A stretch of DNA of 64,000 bases from Psammoneis japonica (lineage: Eukaryota): assembly GCA_008632985.1 (NCBI GenBank), contig QPGO01000044.1, forward strand, positions 372,001 through 436,000, read 5' to 3'. Position numbers and translations under genes: made by a program. The notes below the pieces were generated by a model. The model was not told the origin of the DNA. It saw only the letters and a list, made by a program, of their open reading frames with translations, and did no database searches. Position 1 is the stretch's first letter. Each line of letters begins with the position of its first letter. Shown here one piece after another: positions 61,313 through 64,000 of the stretch.

Positions 61313-63478
61313 CTACATGTCTAAAAAAAGTCTGGGGGCGACCCGCCTCTTCGATTTGCGAAGATTCTTCTCTCCTGATTTCGCTGGCTTCTTTCGAACA
61401 GCTTTTTCTTGTGTACTAGTAGGAGACACCACCCACAATGGATCCCACTTTGGTCTTGACGACCTTTTGGGCGGCTGTTCCTTGAGCAGTTGTTGATGTC
61501 GTGCACGAAGCTGCCCTATCGTCATGTCTGGAAGAACTTTGGAGTGAATCAATCGCCAAGATTCCGGAGAGGTTCCGTAACTTTCAACAGCACGAAGCAA
61601 TGTCATGTCCGCTTGACGCTTCTCCAGTTCGGCATCGGTTGTACCGTTCTTTAAGGGAGACTCCTGTTCAAACAGGCGCTTCCCAGCCGTGGAGCGGTGA
61701 CTCTTCCTTACTGGCACAGCGATGCTTGTAACATTCTCCTTGACAGCACCGCTACTACGTTTTGGGGTATTGGAACGAGGACGCTTCCGAAGAGTCATTT
61801 CGGTAGTCTGACTGGGACGCTCTTTTCTCTTGACAGCAACGGTGTGGCTTGCAGTTCTTGCTGTCGCTGCTGGGGCAAGTTTCTTCTTTTTTGTCCGGAC
61901 GGAAAATGTCCGCTTGTACATGGCATCAAAGTTGAAAGTCATATTGTCGTTTAGAAGTGGAGCAATAGCCACATCCAATCGATAGGCTTCGCGTATGCCG
62001 CTTGAATATGCGCCATGGATTGTGCTTGGGTGATAGGGAGTCGTGTGCTCTCCGGCAAACAACAATACGGGTCGTCTCGTAAAAGGGCAAAGGATGGGCT
62101 CGGAACACTCCACCAAATCCTGAGCATCAGCACCGGGCGGCATGTACACAAAGGCACCCCTCGAATGCGGCTCCATGCCCCATCTAGTGACTGCGTAATC
62201 CAACGGAGTCGGTGGGACCTGTCCCGTGGCTTGGTGCAAAACTCGCAAACAATCCTCCACAATCTCATCATTAGTCCATTCCTGTACTTCCTTGGCAAAG
62301 TCTCCTCCAAACCAAAACACAAGCACCGGCTGTGGACGATTGTGATTCACCATCAAATGGAAGCGTTCCGATGAAACCACGCCAAGGAAATCGTCGTTTT
62401 GCCAAAAGGCGTGTGAAAACAAGAGTGCGCACTTGTTGAACAAACCGCATCCCAGCTTTTTGATGGACTCTTTCTTTGAAAGAGGAAGAGGAGGGACAAA
62501 GTCGACGCCCCCGTGAGCTGCATCCAGTTTGAGTACTCCCAAGGGCAACGTACAAACGACGGAATCCGCTTGCAGTGTCGTGCCGTCCGAAAGAGTCACA
62601 TGTACAACAGTCCGTGGTTCTTGCTGCTTTGCAATAGCCTCATAGTACTCGTTGGAAGTTTCAGAGATGGTAAATGCCTTGGCTGCAACCCCTTTGTTTG
62701 CACGTGAGGATCTTCTTACACTTTGAGTTGTGCTGCCATTCTGTTGCGGTGTTTCTTCAACTTTGCGCCGTGATTTGTCATTTAGAGCCACGTTTTCTAT
62801 GCGTACCACCTGGGCGTTTTCTTGAATCGTCAATCCGCTTTTTAATTTTTCCATAACAGTAGACCAGGTGGCCTGATGCAAGGATACATGTTCACCGTCA
62901 TAGCCATATGGCTCATCCTCATTCCAGTCATGGCCCAACTTGTGAAAGGAAGCTCCACAGGAAACTTCTAGGTTTTGCTGGTGCCAAGAGAACAGTGCTC
63001 GGTCTTCAGGAGACATTTTGTTTAAATGCGGCTCTGCCACCTCATCGAATATCGTTCCAAAATTATCATTCTTTGTACCTTCCACAGCAAAGCTTTCGTC
63101 TAATACTTTGTTAAATAGCTCTGAAACCGTTTGATCTTGAGCCGGATCGATTTGCAATCCGTCTTCATCAAACAGCAGCGTCGATGAAACGGGACGAGTC
63201 TCGATTCCCATATGACGACACAAATCATAAATCGGATTTTCGTCAATGCCATGAATTAAAGCACCACCTAAATCAATTTCGGTGCTAGTGTCGGTTGTGG
63301 AAGAACGCAGCGCCTCACCCTTGAGTCGTCCACCCACCCGATTTCTCGCTTCCAAAACAAGCACATTGTGACGTCGCTGACGTAATTCACGGGCACAAGC
63401 CAAACCAGAAACGCCAGCGCCAATTACAATTGTACGTGGTGGGGTTGTGTCGCCATCGTTGTTTGATGTAGTTGCCAT
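61313..63478 (-). CDS. Flavin-dependent amine oxidase of the LSD1/KDM1-polyamine oxidase family with a C-terminal Myb/SANT-like segment
   Basis: IVIGAGVSGLACAR..LEARNRVGGR FAD site; DLGGALIHGIDENP; GCGLFNKCAL; TRWGMEPHSRGAF; FAGEHT..STIHGAYSSGIREA. Confidence 0.9.
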   Translation of the reverse strand: MATTSNNDGDTTPPRTIVIGAGVSGLACARELRQRRHNVLVLEARNRVGGRLKGEALRSSTTDTSTEIDLGGALIHGIDENPIYDLCRHMGIETRPVSSTLLFDEDGLQIDPAQDQTVSELFNKVLDESFAVEGTKNDNFGTIFDEVAEPHLNKMSPEDRALFSWHQQNLEVSCGASFHKLGHDWNEDEPYGYDGEHVSLHQATWSTVMEKLKSGLTIQENAQVVRIENVALNDKSRRKVEETPQQNGSTTQSVRRSSRANKGVAAKAFTISETSNEYYEAIAKQQEPRTVVHVTLSDGTTLQADSVVCTLPLGVLKLDAAHGGVDFVPPLPLSKKESIKKLGCGLFNKCALLFSHAFWQNDDFLGVVSSERFHLMVNHNRPQPVLVFWFGGDFAKEVQEWTNDEIVEDCLRVLHQATGQVPPTPLDYAVTRWGMEPHSRGAFVYMPPGADAQDLVECSEPILCPFTRRPVLLFAGEHTTPYHPSTIHGAYSSGIREAYRLDVAIAPLLNDNMTFNFDAMYKRTFSVRTKKKKLAPAATARTASHTVAVKRKERPSQTTEMTLRKRPRSNTPKRSSGAVKENVTSIAVPVRKSHRSTAGKRLFEQESPLKNGTTDAELEKRQADMTLLRAVESYGTSPESWRLIHSKVLPDMTIGQLRARHQQLLKEQPPKRSSRPKWDPLWVVSPTSTQEKAVRKKPAKSGEKNLRKSKRRVAPRLFLDM

Positions 63479-63699
63479 GTCGATATGCTGTTGTTACAAA
63501 GACTTTACAAATAGAATATAGCGTTTAATTTTTAGAGTGTCGCTCATCGCGTCATCGCATCAGCTGCCTGAGTTGGACGCGTGGATTTTGGTTTTCTGTG
63601 CTTTCGCCAATTCGTCGCCTTTTTATTTGAACATGTTCAGCGACGTAGGGTTTTAATATGTATATAACCTCCTACATGCACGTTAAAGTATTATTTTTT

Positions 63700-64000
63700 G
63701 GATGTCTCAGTCGTCACTCTGCCATTTTCTCGCACTTAGCCGTGTTGACCATTTGCCGATGCCGCTGAGCACCCCCCCAAACACACGTGATTGTGTCCAA
63801 GTCATGCCTTGACAGACATGCTTTTTTTCAATGCAGTGTCCATGGCCACAGATTAAAAAATCTGGTGCCGTTGGATGACACAGCTGTGGGAGCCTGCACC
63901 CCATGATCTTGAGTTTTGGGGCTGCTGCTTGGGCATCTTTTCATCTCTCTGCGCACCCACCTTCTTTTGGTGCACTGCCATTTTAGCTTCAATGACAAGC
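63700..64000. other. Start of hypermutated block 7 (runs off the window)
   Basis: TAY-free, TG/CA-rich after an AT-rich spacer. Confidence 0.7.

Noticed and set aside
42182..63478. HMG-box and LSD1-like genes as the machinery causing the hypermutation
   Set aside because: Proximity only; eukaryotic trans-acting factors need not be linked, and neither is a known mutator

Overview
Eukaryotic nuclear DNA, almost certainly from a diatom: it carries a fucoxanthin-chlorophyll a/c antenna gene with a bipartite-type presequence, short GT-AG introns and compact genes. The window is a mosaic of two compartments. (1) Gene islands of normal composition encode a DUF1647-like protein, two fucosyltransferase-like proteins, a divergent Sua5/YrdC-like protein, a mitochondrial carrier, a membrane-TIR-MYND chimera with two partial paralogs, AIM24, LHCF, an HMG-box protein, a run of sulfotransferase/glycosyltransferase-like type II membrane proteins, and an LSD1-like amine oxidase with a Myb-like tail. 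(2) Seven sharply bounded blocks (about 1-7640, 19690-30890, 31380-34140, 43060-44657, 51170-54410, 56860-58180, 63700-end; nearly half the window) have lost most CpG and nearly all TpA, both converted to TpG/CpA. These blocks hold fossils of a Tc1/IS630-like transposase, WW domains, a TIR domain and copies of two neighbouring intact genes. Aligning the copies to their intact partners shows CG->TG/CA and, unexpectedly, TA->TG/CA, so Tyr codons become Cys/His. The TpA loss extends beyond the CpG loss at block edges. This points to a regionally targeted A:T->G:C hypermutation process, opposite in direction to fungal RIP, and is the top candidate for an undescribed system. Most short Cys/His-rich ORFs in the supplied track are artefacts of this process. 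Many real genes carry single-base frameshifts that look like assembly indels. All alignments, counts and domain calls were made by eye.
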